64,000 nucleotides of DNA from Dudresnaya verticillata (lineage: Eukaryota), in contig OZ374560.1 of NCBI GenBank assembly GCA_977862235.1, positions 1,054,001-1,118,000 of the forward strand. Direction: 5' to 3'. The notes under the pieces are model-generated. The model saw nothing but the letters and a program-made list of their open reading frames with translations. It had not been told where the DNA came from and ran no database searches. Within the stretch, counting starts at the first letter, position 1. Each line of letters opens with the position of its first letter. Below, piece after piece: positions 10,207-23,222 of this stretch. The position numbers were made by a program, and so were the translations under genes.

Positions 10207-13200
10207 CTCAGCGAAATGACTTTGCAGGTTGTGAGATAAAGAAATGGGCTATTTTGCGATTAGGGGGGCGACGTGGTCTGGGTTTGTGGTAAACAGGAGG
10301 TGAAACCCGACTTTTTGCTGCACACACAGTCCGACTCGTGAAAATGTGTCCAAACCGAGGGCGACCTGGGCAGAAACGGAGCGGTTCGGGGGGCGAAACG
10401 TGAAATATCACCCTGCCACTGCTACAACGAGCGGAAATTCTCCTCAGGCAAGGTCACTTTCACCTCACTACTGTACTGTAGAACAACAAATGTGAAGAAT
10501 TTCACCCATGCAACAGTCAATGTCGCCAAGTATCCCGAGGCTTCTGACTCACACCGGGATATTTCGAGGACACCCAAGTGAGATTATTCAGACTTCTGGG
10601 ACGGTGATACTGCAAACCGTATGCGTCTCGTCACCCCCTTGCAGTGCAAACTTCGTGTTCTCTGCACAACAACAGTTTCACCCCCAGTGATCCTTGTCAC
10701 CCCCTGTGCCCCCATCGATATCAGCTAAGCCCAGGGGACTTCTTGCATATTTCAAAATGCGTGTCCTCCCTCAAACGACTCCACAGGGCATTCCGCACCT
10801 GGCCACTGTGGAGGACGAAATTCCCCCTCTCTTCGAAGTGTTTTGCGTATCTCCTAGTGCGGCAACCCTACGTGCCATGAAAAAGAACTTTCGACGCCTC
10901 GCCATTCTTGTGTACCCGGACAAAGTGCGCGCAGTTCAACCCAGATGCGCAGATCGGGGCATGAAGGTACTTACAAGGGCTATGCAGCAGGCTGAAAACG
11001 AGCTACGGTACTTGGAAGTGACAAGAGCAGATCACCAGAGCACTAGTGATTAGCAGATCACCAGAGCACTGGTGATACCCAAGAGCCGTTGTTTCTCCCC
11101 GCGTTTGTAGTCTTTAGCCGGGTATCCTCCGAACAAGAAAAATCTCTCAACGAACTGGAGCAGGAGGAACAAGAACGATTGCAACAAGTAGAGCGGCGGA
11201 GGGAACAGGAGCGTTCGGAAAGGGAGCAACAGGCAGAAACACGGCAGGATGACACACAGCGAGAGCGCAATAATGATGAAGAAAGGATTCAGGGGGAGAA
11301 AGCTGAAATGCTACGGAGGGAGAATACGGAGCGAGAAAGGGCTCAGCGGTTGCATCAGGAACGCGTAGTGTGGCACACGTAGAGAGGGAGAGAGTTTTGA
11401 GAGTGGAAGCCGCGCGGTTGGAGAGGGAGAGGCTGGGGAGGGAGAGAGTTGCTGAGTTGTTGGCAAGCTTCTGCCCTCCAGCCGAGTCCAGATTAGACCA
11501 GGACCTGCCTAATGTTGATTCAGCGGGGGCACCCATTCATCCCGATGACCTGCCTGATGGTGAGTCAGCGGGGGCTAGAGAGCCTCCTGGCAGACCTGCT
11601 GTGCCCTGTGCTGACCTAGATGACGAAGATGAGGTTTTATTTGATTACGAAGAGGGCGAAATTGAGGTTGATGAAAGGAGAGGCGACTCCTTGGAGGATT
11701 CTGAGGGGGAGGACGACAACGCAGATTGTGACTTCGACCCTTTGGCATACATTGCCATCGATATTGGGGATCGAGAAGTGGAGGAAGGTGATGTTGATGA
11801 ATCTATTCCAGAGGGAGCAGACAGAAAGCTCCGTAGAGCCGTACAGAAGCGGCAATCGAAGCGCCGAACAATGATTCGGGCGAAAGATGCTATTAGAGGG
11901 GAACGGTTGGAATCGATGACCTGGAAGCCCCGATCCACTGTCGAAGTTCAGGCAAAAGTGGGAATGGCGCTAAATGCGCGATGGAGATTTGAACAGCTCA
12001 TCAGAGCTCATACCGCGAACCTAGGGGTGCAGCGCGGTGTGACAAGTCAGCAGAACACTACTAAGGTCCGTATGAATTGTCGCACAGAAGGGTGTCCTGC
12101 TACATTTGTTTTCGACTGGCAGGCGAAAACGGGGCTTTGGAAACTGAACAAGTGCCGGCGACACCTCAATGAGTGCTTTAGACAGCACGTGGCTGACAGT
12201 CCCATGAAGATTACGTCGAAAAACTCGTCCTGTACTCCGGCATACACCCCTCAACAAGTTGCGAGAGCAATTTTAGAGGATATGCATGGTGATCTGAACG
12301 TGCCGTGCAAGATGATCGCTTCTGTTGTTAGAGCCAAACACATCTATTTTCGCCAACCTCCGTACAGCCACTACAGAAGTATCAGACGAGAGCTTCATCG
12401 CCATTTTTCTATCTCTAGGGCTGTCGATATGGCTGCATTAGAAGGTTACGCGGAATTGCTGCGCAGTGCTGGGCATCACGTCGAAATTTTTATTTGCAAC
12501 GGGGGGAGATGAAGCAACAAAGGCTAAAGGCTGCGCGTCACATATTTGAGCAGTGCAAAAGGGGAAAACAAATATCGAAGGATGCGGTGTTCGACACGGA
12601 AGCTGTCGACGTCAGCGATATTCAGGAGAATGGAAGATATTACGGAGGATTGCTGTTCGTTCCCACTATCGCGGAAGGTTACTGCAAGTACGGCCGGATG
12701 CCTGCAGCTGCGGATGCTGAAAATTGTGAAGGAGTTGGGAAGCAGTCTTATGGCACGACGTTTCAAGTCGTTGGGTACGACGGTAATAACCAGCTTTGCC
12801 CCATTGCCTTTGCCCGCTTCGTTGGGCCAGAGAACAAAGAGTCGTGGGGAAGTTTATTCAAGGCATGTGCCGACATTCACGGATTTGATGTGGAGCAGAG
12901 GGTGACAATCGTAGATCAAGAGAAGTCGATCGATGCAGCGTACAGAGACACTATGACGAACGCAGCTCTGTTTCTAGATCCATTGCATGTTAAGAAGAAC
13001 ATGTCCGCGCAAAGCCACCGGAATACGTTTATATGAGCACGCGGTCCACGCTCCGTCTCCCAGGGAGGTCAATGTTTTGAAGCGGGAGTTTTCAGAGAAG
13101 CAGAAATCGTATCTTGGTCGTTTTCCGGATGCGGAGTTGTACAGGGCGTATTCAAATCTACGCGACCTGATAACCACATCCCAAGGGGCTGAAAGCCAGA

Positions 13201-14240
13201 TGTCGGCAGATCTCCGGAACAACATCCGTTCTGTGGAGCCGCAGAAAATGCTGACACGACTTGTTCTATTGCAACGGACAAATGTTCTGCGCAGACAGCA
13301 ACTCGCGTTGTCATGCTCTTCTCCCCTCCCACCCGCAATAGAAAAACACTTAGCAAGATTGGTTCAGCACGCCCGCAGCTATCAGCCGACGGTTCGATAT
13401 GTAGATGGAACCTTGGAAATGGAAGCAACAGTTGCTAGTCAGAAGAATGGTAGCTTTCAACATCGCGTAACGCTGAGTAACAGCCGTCAAACGCCGCCTT
13501 TATGCTGTGCGCATTCTACGAATGGAAGTGGTTTCCCGTGTTGGCATGGAGTTGCTGTGTTGGTTGAGAAGCATGGAGTGGCCAATCCCCATCGGTTCAT
13601 AGACAGGAGGCATATAACAGACGCTTGGATGAAGCAGTACGAAAACGAAGAGTTCAAGCTTCCAACACAAGTCTCTGTGGATGAAGTCATCTCTAATGCT
13701 AAGATCCTTGTGGCGAAGAAGGAGAATCTTCAAATTCCGAAAGCTCTGCCTCCCCCCGTGGACGTCCTGTGAAGAACACTGGAAAACGTAAGAAGAACTG
13801 GTACGAGAGAGGCCCCGCTGCGAAGAAGAAGCGCGTGTACAGTTGTTCGTTGTGTCGCCTGACTGACCATACTGTGAGGGATTGTCCTCTCAAGCTGTTG
13901 TATGGGGATACCGCCGAATAGTGGCCGTCGCAGTAGCCGCAGTCACCACATAGTCAGTACTAAATATTACGTTGTCACCCATGAAGTAGTACAAAACATG
14001 CATTTGTCGCCTTTTGTCACCCACCCTCTGCTACAATATTTGCCTTGGTCGGGTTAGTGTTTACAAAGTCACCCTGCGTCTGCTCGCAAAAAGAGGTATG
14101 TCACACCTTTACTTCCTCAAAATCGCCCCTTGTGCACCCCCCTTTGCCACAAGAAACGCGTTTTCACACCCGGTTTCCGACAAAACAAGACCCCGTCGCC
14201 CCCCTACATGCAGCATTATCTGTAAAGAAATTACACTGCG
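10207..14240 (+). mobile_element. Mutator-like (MULE/MuDR) DNA transposon with imperfect TIRs
   Basis: Left end CTCAGCGAAATGACTTTGCAG...TAGGGGGGCGACGTGGTCT is inversely matched by right end AGACCCCGTCGCCCCCCTA...CTGTAAAGAAATTACACTGCG. The ends enclose the transposase fragments. No TSD is visible. Confidence 0.75.
10694..13921 (+). pseudogene. MULE transposase, frameshifted: J-domain-like, coiled coil, acidic tract, WRKY/FLYWCH-like Zn finger, DDE, SWIM, Zn knuckle
   Basis: ORFs 10694-11053 (KKNFRRLAILVYPDK), 11089-11382, 11370-12512 (CRTEGCPA..W..H), 12494-13036 (AAADA, IVDQEK, DPLH) and 12987-13772 (TSQGAES, FPCWH), then CSLCRLTDHTVRDC near 13845-13890. Confidence 0.85.
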
Positions 14241-14287
14241 ATTTCTTCGGCAGATTTCTACAAAGAAATGGTGGCGAAGGATGTCGT

Positions 14288-15227
14288 CAAAAAAGAAAAG
14301 GGGGGTGTCACACACACCAGTCGAATTGGGCGTATTGTTTGGCTTCCTGGTTTTGAGACAGGCTGTCTTAACTGTTGAGGTTTTTGTTCTTAGTTTTTGT
14401 TCTACCTTTTTAGTGCAAGTCGCGGCACGAGGCGGCGGCTTAACCGTTCAACTCTTCATATGGTTTTTGCCGTGATTTAGCACCACCTGCCTCGCGATTT
14501 CCCTTATCTACCCTTCAGTATGGGTCTGAGGGACCTAAAAAACTATCTTTACAATCCGTATGTTACCTCCATTATGGTTGTCGCATGTCCGGCTATGGAT
14601 GTTGCCACTACGAGACGCTGTATAGTGATAAAAAGTACTCTATTCTAGCCCATTTAGCCATGAGCCCCTAATGTGGAAACACTTGGCCCATACGACAACG
14701 TCCTGTATGAGGTCGCTGAGTATGAGGCCTTTGCTTATTTTGCGGTTACATTTTTTGCGCCAGCACCAGATGAAAGCAGACAGGCATAACCTTAACAGCC
14801 GCCGAGCGCACGCCGTCGGCGCCTCCCAACAAGCCCGCTTGTCGCCGCTCTCGCCCGACAAACCCCGCTCTCGCCAGGCGGCATGCTTCGCCGGCCACTC
14901 CCGCTCGAACGAGCTCCCCCACTCCCCAAGAACACGCGCCCCGCCGCTGCCGCCTCCAAAGAAGCCCGCGCCTGCCCAACCCCGTTTTCGCCCCGCTGGC
15001 ATGCTTTGCCTGCCGCTCCCGCTCGAGTCGCTCGCGCTGGAGCGAGCTCCCCCACACCTTAGGTACACGCGGGCCCCCGGCGGCGGCGGCCCAGGCGACT
15101 GTGGCTACAACAACGGCCGCACTGGCCGCCCCGAGTTCCAAGCGGCCAGCCGCCGTTGCCTGACCGACACGCCTGTCCTCGTCGTCCCTCTTGCAGCGCA
15201 TCGTGGCCTGCAGTATTTGGTGTTACA
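14288..15227 (+). mobile_element. Polypurine tract followed by a probable 3' LTR of another LTR element
   Basis: AAAAAAGAAAAGGGGGG is immediately followed by TGTCACAC (14306). Candidate end GTGTTACA at 15227 is an imperfect inverse of the start; the end is uncertain. Confidence 0.5.
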
Positions 15228-15805
15228 CAAGGGTAATCTATAGCTGTTCAATAAGCGCTTTCTGAGGAAGGCAGAGCTCGGGGGCTACTGGCGCGTTTGG
15301 GGGTCAACGTCAGATGGATGTGGGTGCGATGTGTCGGCTGGGTTGCTTTCAGAAGCGCCGGGAGAGCGGTTGTTTCGACATGTGTGATGCAAGAGGCGAG
15401 CGTTATGACGGCTTGATATAGCGGTTGAACTTCGGCCGATCTTCACACCGCGCAAAAGTCGCGGGAGACGATGGAGAGATTGGCGGGAGCCGGCGCGCGT
15501 GAGAGCCCGCTGTGGCCCGGAACGCTGCACCCAACTCCGCTATTGGGCTCTGGAGCTCTCTTCCGGCGTGGAGCGCCCACTCTCATACCAGCCGCGCCCG
15601 AGGTCCGCGTCCACACACCGCAAGCTTGCGGAGCCGCGGAGCCATGAATCCGGGTGGTCTGTAGAATTGTGTGATGTCTTGGGTGGGGAGGAGGAGGGGG
15701 CGACGGGGTGTAGCTTGCAAGAAGTCGACTTACCCATCCGGGTACGCTGTTTGTTTTACTGTGAAAACGTACGTCTGCACGTGCACCTGTGTTCTACTCA
15801 TGGAG

Positions 15806-17523
15806 CTATTCTGGAAGCTTTAAAAAAGGCTGACGCCCTATTGACTTAAGCCAGGCTTCTGTGTTGAGGCGGTTTAAGTTAACTTTCGAATTCGAAAGCC
15901 TCCGCAGGCGACGGCGTTCTTTGCGTGTGAAGGAAAGACGCTTTCGTAGAAGTACTCTTTGTGGAGCAAGGTCCCTAAGTCGCCGAATATCGCCGGCTGG
16001 TTCGCGGTGGTCTAGTTCTTCTATTGAGCGCTGCTTTGCGTTCGCGTTTGCGGTGCCCCTAGACTCCCTCTTCGCAAGGGCGTTAAGGACGACGTCGCTC
16101 GTCAGGTTACACCCGCGCTTCGTATCCACGCGAATAGTTCCAGCATACTCCCCGTCTGCATCCCGAAGCAGACTTCTCCCTCTGCTTGCAAAAGATGTTA
16201 ATAGCTTCTGAAAAGTTTGCGGCCTCTTGTCTTCCACATCCGACTTCGAGCTGCTGTTGAATAAATGTACCAGATTTAGAACGTTAGTCACTCTCAATTC
16301 ACGGTCCCATATCCTTGAACAATGGAATCCCTCTGTAATGTTGCGCGGCACCACAGACCGAGCGTATGCGTTGCGAATGCATACAGCAATGTCAAACGCA
16401 TCCAACACGTTCGGTCGGGACTTGCAAGTCCTTGTTTGGCGAGCCACAGAGTGGATTTCATTCTGCAACGCAGCTTTGTAAGACGAAAACACAGAGACTT
16501 ACAACGGCTGGCACACGTGGGAAGTGTGCGAGGGCATCGCAATAGTCACAATGCGGTTACTTTAAGAGTTCGAAACTGAACGTGGGAACCATATCCGTCA
16601 ATTATTAAAAGAATATAGGCCCCATTAGTACGCAAAGACTGCGTTTCCATAACAAACTTCTTCGCCCAGTCGAAAATAATGGCTGAGTCAACCCCCGGTA
16701 TTTCGCGTTGGTACAGGTAGCAAGGTGGCAATATGTCTTGCAATGTTTGAACGGTGTTATGCTTTAAGCGCCTGTAATGCGCCTGTTTTCCTGGATACAC
16801 AATAACTGGCGTTAAGGCTTCCCCTGAAGCTGATACAACTGGCATCAGCGTGACCCGATCCAGTTTTCCTTTTGTTCGCACTCCTGATTGCACTAAATGC
16901 ACATCCAAATCTCCTACATCTCCTCGAAGACTTCTGCCGGTCATTGTTTCGAGCGACGCTCCCGACTGATCCATGTTGAATATTCGTCGTGGATCCTTAA
17001 TATTGAACCTCTGTAGAGCGGCTTGGACTCTAGCAATATGCTCTGCGAGGTGTTCTGGCGTCACAGCGTCAACCCGCGATTCCTCGATAACTTTAACAGA
17101 CTTGTACGCAAGCGAATGACGTCTTATGAACTGGTTTGCCCATTTGAGGGACGGGCACAACTTTGGAAATGTGATCTCCTCCCTTCTCGATGATGGCAGA
17201 GACATTAAGATGTGCTGGACCCAGTCTTGTAGTCCTGATTTAGAAAGTGGTGTGTTGTTCGAGACGAAGTATCGGATGCCCTGCAAAACCACGTCTTCTT
17301 CTTCGGGACGGAGAATAAAAGGTCTTCCGAGCTTTGGTTGCGGTAAAATGATATCTGCAGGGCAGCGTGGTTGGGCGGAGGGTGCGACGGTGACCTATCT
17401 GTCGAAACGTCTTCTCAAGGTTGACACGGGCACGCTATATTTCTGAGAGAGGTCTTTCCATGGTGTGCCCTCGTCCAGGCGATCGAATATCGTGCAAGAA
17501 ACACGGCTGCTAACATCCCGCAT
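15806..17523 (-). pseudogene. pogo/Fot1-like (DDE_1) transposase, disrupted
   Basis: N-terminal HTH (WKDLSQKYSVPVSTLRRR), then RIFNMDQSG, RVTLMPVVSASGEALTPVIVYPGK, LLIIDGYGSH and PAHTSHVCQPL. Contains stops and a frameshift. Confidence 0.88.
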
Positions 17524-18285
17524 GTTTGGAGCGCCTAGGGAAAGCACAAGTTGTCACAGCTTGCCTAAGGTGCTGCGCCCTTATGGCATTTCTAAATGCA
17601 AGGGGCGGGCGGGATAACAGTCGAGCGCGGGCTTTTCAAATGTTCGAGCTGTGTGGCGTGGTGGCATCTGGGTAATATTTGCAGTGGGTGGACTTCGTTC
17701 CACAGGCACAGTATATATTTGCCCTCGCGTTGGTGAATCATTGCCGCGCAGGGGTACTTACAGGGTGCCAAATTGGGGGAAAACCACATTAAGAGTTGAA
17801 CGGTTATATGCGCTTTCGTTTTTCCAGTCAATACTATCCTATTTCCCTATTTCTAATTAAAGTTTGTTTTAGCTAACATGACAGTCGTAGTATGTCCCTT
17901 ACTTAACACAACTATACACTACCATTTGATTTTTATTCCTCTGTCGTCGGGCACACCTGGTGCTGCATTCCAATACTCCCAAAAACCCTTTTGCTAAACA
18001 AATCATCGTTAGACCTTTCAATTCATTGTTCAATCGGATGGTCTAAGATCGCGGTGTTGAGTATGCGGAGTAGATTCTCAAACTTTCCTTTTTTAGTCAT
18101 TCCATCTGCAGGATTGAATTCTGATCTGAGGAATCCAACTTGAGCGAGTTCGTTACTCTTATAAGCGCTTTTAATGACCTCAGGGTCTATTATGAGGGGC
18201 GTCGCGGCTGTTAAAGTAGCTTTTGTAATCACATCAAAAAGCGAGAGTCTATCGGTTAACATGACAATTGTAATATACTGTTTCA

Positions 18286-18918
18286 TGTAGCAGAATGGCC
18301 ACGGGGCCAGGTACAACCTGTCCTATGGTCAACACTAGCTTTAATAGCTCGGGGGAAAAAGGGAGATGGTAGAGACTTGGGGAAAAAGGTACAAGGCCTA
18401 GGGAAAGGGAAAAAGATAGGACGGCACTCCCCAGCTGGCGCACAGCTTCCGTAGTGCGGAGACCAGGCTCGTAGAGCGGCTGAAAGGGGCAAAAGGTACG
18501 GTGAGTCTGTGAAAATCAGAAAAGGGCAAAACACCCAAACCCACCGTAGGGTTCTATTCAGGAGGCCCGTGTTACTCAGGGGCCTATTAAGTATAGCAGA
18601 GCCGGAAATTCTCTTACCTTCTATTAGCTATTCTAAGCTATTCTAGCTGTAATTAGTAATCTAATAGTACTGTTGTCAGTTATAAATACGGATTAGTGGT
18701 AGTGCCACGTCGGGCCGCGTGAGCGGCGACAATAAATTACCCAATGGCAATTCGCCATCAAATGTGGTGCCAGCAGGGACGCCAGCGGGGTTCATCGTCC
18801 TTACAGCACGCGGCGGTTGTGAGCGCCTTACAGCTTGATGCCCGTGGGCGTCTTACATCTTAATGCGTACACATGACTTACAGTTCGCCAGCAATCTGCT
18901 GCGGCTCATTCTTGCACA
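18286..18918. mobile_element. Solo LTR (633 bp) with 5-bp TSD TTTCA
   Basis: TGTAGCAGAATG...CATTCTTGCACA is flanked by TTTCA at 18281-18285 and 18919-18923. It interrupts the Copia RNase H at MMK|QYIT. Confidence 0.92.
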
Positions 18919-19176
18919 TTTCATCATACTTCGTAGATCGTTTCTGATTGCGAAAGTCAAATCAAATGCTTCTGCAAGTGCCATTGTTTCACTCCCTAAA
19001 ACTGATCGAGGTACTCTTTTAGATTTGTGGGAAGACCAGTAAATTGGGTGGCATGTTTTAGAGCGGTCGGTCAAGAAGATGATAGATCCAAGTTTTGATG
19101 TTTCATCGTAATTATTTCCATAGGATGCATCTGAATAGACCTGTACTCGTAGTAAGCTCGTATCCAGCTTGGGGTA

Positions 19177-19443
19177 CGAGTATGGGTACACTGTGTGTAT
19201 GCTCATGAAGAGTGACAAGGGGAGTAGCGAGCATTTGTCGTGTGACAGACAATGACCGAGCGTCACAAACAAATACATAATGCAAGACATAATAGAACAG
19301 CACTTAGGATTATGCATTATGTAGAGAGAAGCGAAGCATTCACAACTATGCAGTCTGGCTACTGAGCTCAGGGCGCGGCTACATAAGGCCACTTCACAGA
19401 CGATTGCCGGAGTCTCAGGCATATCTATTTCTCGTGCTCCCAC
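19177..19443 (+). repeat. Direct repeat A1 (267 bp) of the DIRS-type element
   Basis: Matches 23223-23489 with two substitutions seen. Confidence 0.95.
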
Positions 19444-19508
19444 GAGAAATTCCCCCTCGACGCAGGGCGGTGGCACCTTCTAGGCAGTACGAACGAAGTA
19501 CTGTGAGG

Positions 19509-20144
19509 ATGACAGAGCAAAACGACACAGGAGCAGCAGACGCTGCTTTGCAGACGGCCTGGACCACTGCAACACCTGAACGTCGCGATTTCGGGGCAGT
19601 GGTAACGGAGCTCAACTCCTCAAAGTTGGTAGGAGAAGGAAGCGTCTTTGAACGGGGGCCGCACGTTCCCGTTACGCATATGGGGTATTTTAAGCCACCC
19701 ACAGACGCTTTTCTATCCGAGTTGAAGGCGAAGGACCGACGGTCTGCTAAGGAATGGGAATATGTAAATGCCGCCGGGGTATGGACTGAGCTTGGACTTT
19801 CAGCGCTTGAGGTTGCGAAGACACACAACGGAAATGTCCAGGACCTGTCCCGGCGCTTGGCTCTAGCTGAAAAGTCTTTTATGGCCGCATTGGGAGTCCT
19901 TTCGATGCGTGCGCAGTACTTCAGGGACATTACTGAACAAGAAATGGAGACTGCGAGGCAAATTTCGTTCCTTGTTGAACAAGGTAACGATGCAGTCTTC
20001 TCTAATTCGTGCAGGAGCGCAAGAGAGGGGCTTACGTCCAAGATGGAGATTGAAGCGGCTAAGCAACGAGCCAAAGCTAGGCTTGAGAAAGCCGGCACCC
20101 GACGAGGCACCGCTAGTGGACGAAGCGGGGCCGGAGATGAATAA
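19509..20144 (+). CDS. DIRS ORF1, Gag-like helical protein
   Basis: ATG at 19509 within open frame 19404-20144. It is the first ORF after repeat A1. No diagnostic motif. Confidence 0.65.
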   Translation: MTEQNDTGAADAALQTAWTTATPERRDFGAVVTELNSSKLVGEGSVFERGPHVPVTHMGYFKPPTDAFLSELKAKDRRSAKEWEYVNAAGVWTELGLSALEVAKTHNGNVQDLSRRLALAEKSFMAALGVLSMRAQYFRDITEQEMETARQISFLVEQGNDAVFSNSCRSAREGLTSKMEIEAAKQRAKARLEKAGTRRGTASGRSGAGDE

Positions 20145-20188
20145 TAGGATCAAGGAAGAAGGATACAAAGGCGTTCGGGGGAGCGCCT

Positions 20189-22144
20189 TTGTGGAGAGGA
20201 ACGTCCCTAAAAGCCGACGCGTGGCGAGCACGTCTAGGGGCGTCCGAGTACCTGGTGCGGGCTATACAGTACGGCATTCGCGATATGCCATCAGTTCCGT
20301 TTACCACTGGGTTGGTGCTCGGGGAACTCCCCCAAACAAAGGCAGACAAGGCATTTTCCAGCAACGACCTCAACCAGGGCTGCCAGGATGGCATATACGA
20401 AGCGATATCGCCACAAGTAGCCTACATGAAGCGCAAAGCAGGAAACATGATATCTTCAGCTTTCGTTGTATGGCAGGGAAACGGCACCGACCGGAAGGGC
20501 CGTTTTTTCATCAACTTCCACAGGCAAAGTCAGCATTGGCCTCGTGGAAGTATAAATATGGAAACGGTGTCATCTTTCGCAACAGAGCTGGAAGCCGGGG
20601 ACACCTTGATGTCTTGGGACATAAAGAGTTGGTATCGACACTTCTACCTACACCCCGACATTCGGGACTATTTCATTTTCAGATACCATGGCCGTTACTT
20701 TCGCTGTGTCGCCCTACCGTTCGGCTGGGGACGGTCCGTTCTGTGGTTCACAAAACTACTACGCCCTGTCGTCCAGTACCTTCGACAGAAGCTGCGGTAT
20801 CGTATCTTAGCATACATAGACGACTTTCTCGCTGCACCGTCACCGCCTGGCAGACCAGCGACGGCCGAAGACTGTTCAAAGGCTCGCGTTGCCCTCTCAA
20901 GGATTTTCAGAGATCTCGGTATTGTAAGGCATCCCGATAAGGGGTGCTGGGAGGGGAGTCAGAGTCTGGACCATCTGGGCGTTCACCTCGATACCATTCA
21001 GATGCGGGTTTTTGCCTCGACCAAGAAGGTGGTGCGAGTCCGAAAACTTTCCAAGCGCATTCTTCTTCTTGCCCAGAGAAATCGAAGGCTTGTGAGCCTA
21101 ACGCTTCTGCGCCACTTTTGTGGCGTCTGTGTTTCGCTATCTTTAGCAATACCAATGGCGCGCTTCTACACGAGGTCCCTATACTTCGACATGCGAAGAA
21201 CGGAAAGGCTACTGGGAGGGACAGGATCAGAGGCGCTGAGCCGTACGTTACGGGTGCGCTTGTGTCGGCAGTCCCTTCGCGACCTGCAGTACTGGCGGGA
21301 GGTGACACGTGGGGAAGGACGAGAGCTAGTACGGGTGAACCCGGATATGACTATACACAGCGATGCAGCCGACGTTGGGTACGGCAGGACGCTTGGATAC
21401 AATACAGGGGCTGGTACTCCGGGTTTGTGGGAGGGTCAAGGTTTTTGGAACGAGCAGGACCGCGCCTATTCGATTTCTTTACGGGAACTCAGAGCAGTCA
21501 GGCTGTGACTCCACCAACACTTTGCCGCATACGTGTCAAAACCCCGGGTCCGACACCTGCTGTTACACGAGGACAATCTCGGCGTCGTATGCATACTGAA
21601 CGCAATGGTCTCAGCGTCGAAACCAATGATGGAAGAGCTCAGGAAACTACACGTGCTACTACGGGTTCTCGGTGTCAGGATCGAGGCGCGTTGGATACCC
21701 TCGGCAGTAAACCGTTTCGCAGACTCCCTGTCGCGGACATGGGACCCAGGCGAAGTCACAGCGACGAAGGCGTTGGTACAGTCCATTCAGAAGCAGTACC
21801 GCCTGAATGCAGTGGTGTTCAGAAGCCGCCCCGTCGGGGAAACACTCGTGGCGCGCCGGAAGTATATTCGCACTCAGATGCAAGAGCATTGGGGCGATGG
21901 ACGGGCCCGGCTTTGGAATCCTCCGTTCGACATCCTGTCGCTGGTCGTCCGAAAAATACAAGCGGATGGTGGGAAGGGAGTCCTTCTCGCTCCACGTTGG
22001 CCAGCGCAGGCGTGGTACGAGCGCTTGCGCGGCATGAGTGCAAGAATAACCGTTCTGGATCCCGCAACTGGCGGCGCGCCGGTATTAGGATGTACTGGAA
22101 ACATCAACCCGCAGTGGCGACTTGTCGCAGCAGACATGACTTGA
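20189..22144 (+). pseudogene. DIRS RT, RNase H and N6-adenine methyltransferase-like domain, one premature stop
   Basis: SWDIKSWYRHF, LPFGW, AYIDDFL, HSDAA, ELRAV, EDN, NRFADSLSR, LWNPPF..APRWPAQAWY. TGA at 21506-21508 is in frame with ORF 21533-22144. Confidence 0.9.
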
Positions 22145-23183
22145 ACACCTCTTGGCGGGACGGAATACGCTGCAATGTTCTTGCTCGGGCAAGTGCTGGT
22201 GGTTCTACAGGTGGTGCCGAAGCCGCTGCAGAAATACTGGCATCTCACAGTAAGTCCGATGCAACATATCGCACAGTAAGTCCGATGCAACATGGCGCAA
22301 TAGGACAAGTCAGCTGCGGAAATGGATGGCATTTTGCGATGAGGAAGGTCGCTGCCCGTTGCCCGCAAGTGAAGGGGACGTGCTTGTCTACATTGGCTTC
22401 CTTTCTCTCGAAGGCCGCGTCAGTAGTTCATCTGCTCCACAATGCATTTCGGCTGTATCTACTTACCATGCGGATCATGGTCATGCCTCACCGACACGCA
22501 CTCCATTGTTGAAAGAGCTTTTAAATGCTTTCCACAGAAAGGAGGATGGCCACAGGCCGGATATACTAATGCGCACTGGTTGCTCGGCAGAAATGGTGAG
22601 GATGGCGTTGAACTATGGACTCGAGACGAGCAATGTACATGATCTAGGCTGCTGTGCTCTGGTTGTGTTCTCATCTATCTTCCAAACTCGGTCGGTCAGC
22701 GTGCGGAACCTTTCTCCAGAAGACATTGCTGTGTCGCTCTCCAACATTCGAGTAACTATTCGCTATCGCAAAGGCAAGGCTCGCCGCCGCCCATTGCGAC
22801 TGCTTTATCCAGCATCATCGAACTGGGATGTGAACTCCAGTCCTCATCAATTACTACAACGCTGGATGCGGCTAGGTCGGCCTAGTACCACGTTTTTCAA
22901 CTTTAACAACACTGCTGGTCTTCAGGAGGCTGATCTCCGACAGGCTGTCTGCGCAGTATCTCGTTTGATCCATGTTCCACCGCCTGTAGGATACTACTAC
23001 GCATCGCATAGCCCTCGAATTGGTGGGCTAAACGAGCTTGTGAACATGCAGCTGCCTAAAGTATGGATCATGAATCGGTTGGATTGGGAAAGCGAAGCTA
23101 TGTTCAGTGTATACTTCGATGGAAATATTTCGCTTTCAGATGCGTCGAGGTACTTTTTTGCTCACCTACGCTCGGGGTCGTGA
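22141..23183 (+). pseudogene. DIRS tyrosine recombinase, frameshifted near the N-terminus
   Basis: Catalytic R (FQTR), K (YRKGK), HSPRIGG, LDW and terminal Y. The N-terminus is shifted by a 26-bp tandem duplication at 22242-22293. Confidence 0.88.
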
Positions 23184-23222
23184 CGTGCTCTACGTATGTG
23201 AGCTCTTGTTTTCTTGGTTCTT

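Noticed and set aside
14640..15243. Pro/Arg-rich ORFs
   Set aside because: They lie within a probable LTR and show no domain signal.
20944..22512. 522-aa ORF (and 19909-20940) overlapping the DIRS pol
   Set aside because: No recognisable motifs. Only the last part (from 22141) is the displaced YR N-terminus. Treated as shadow frames, although overlapping ORFs do occur in DIRS elements.
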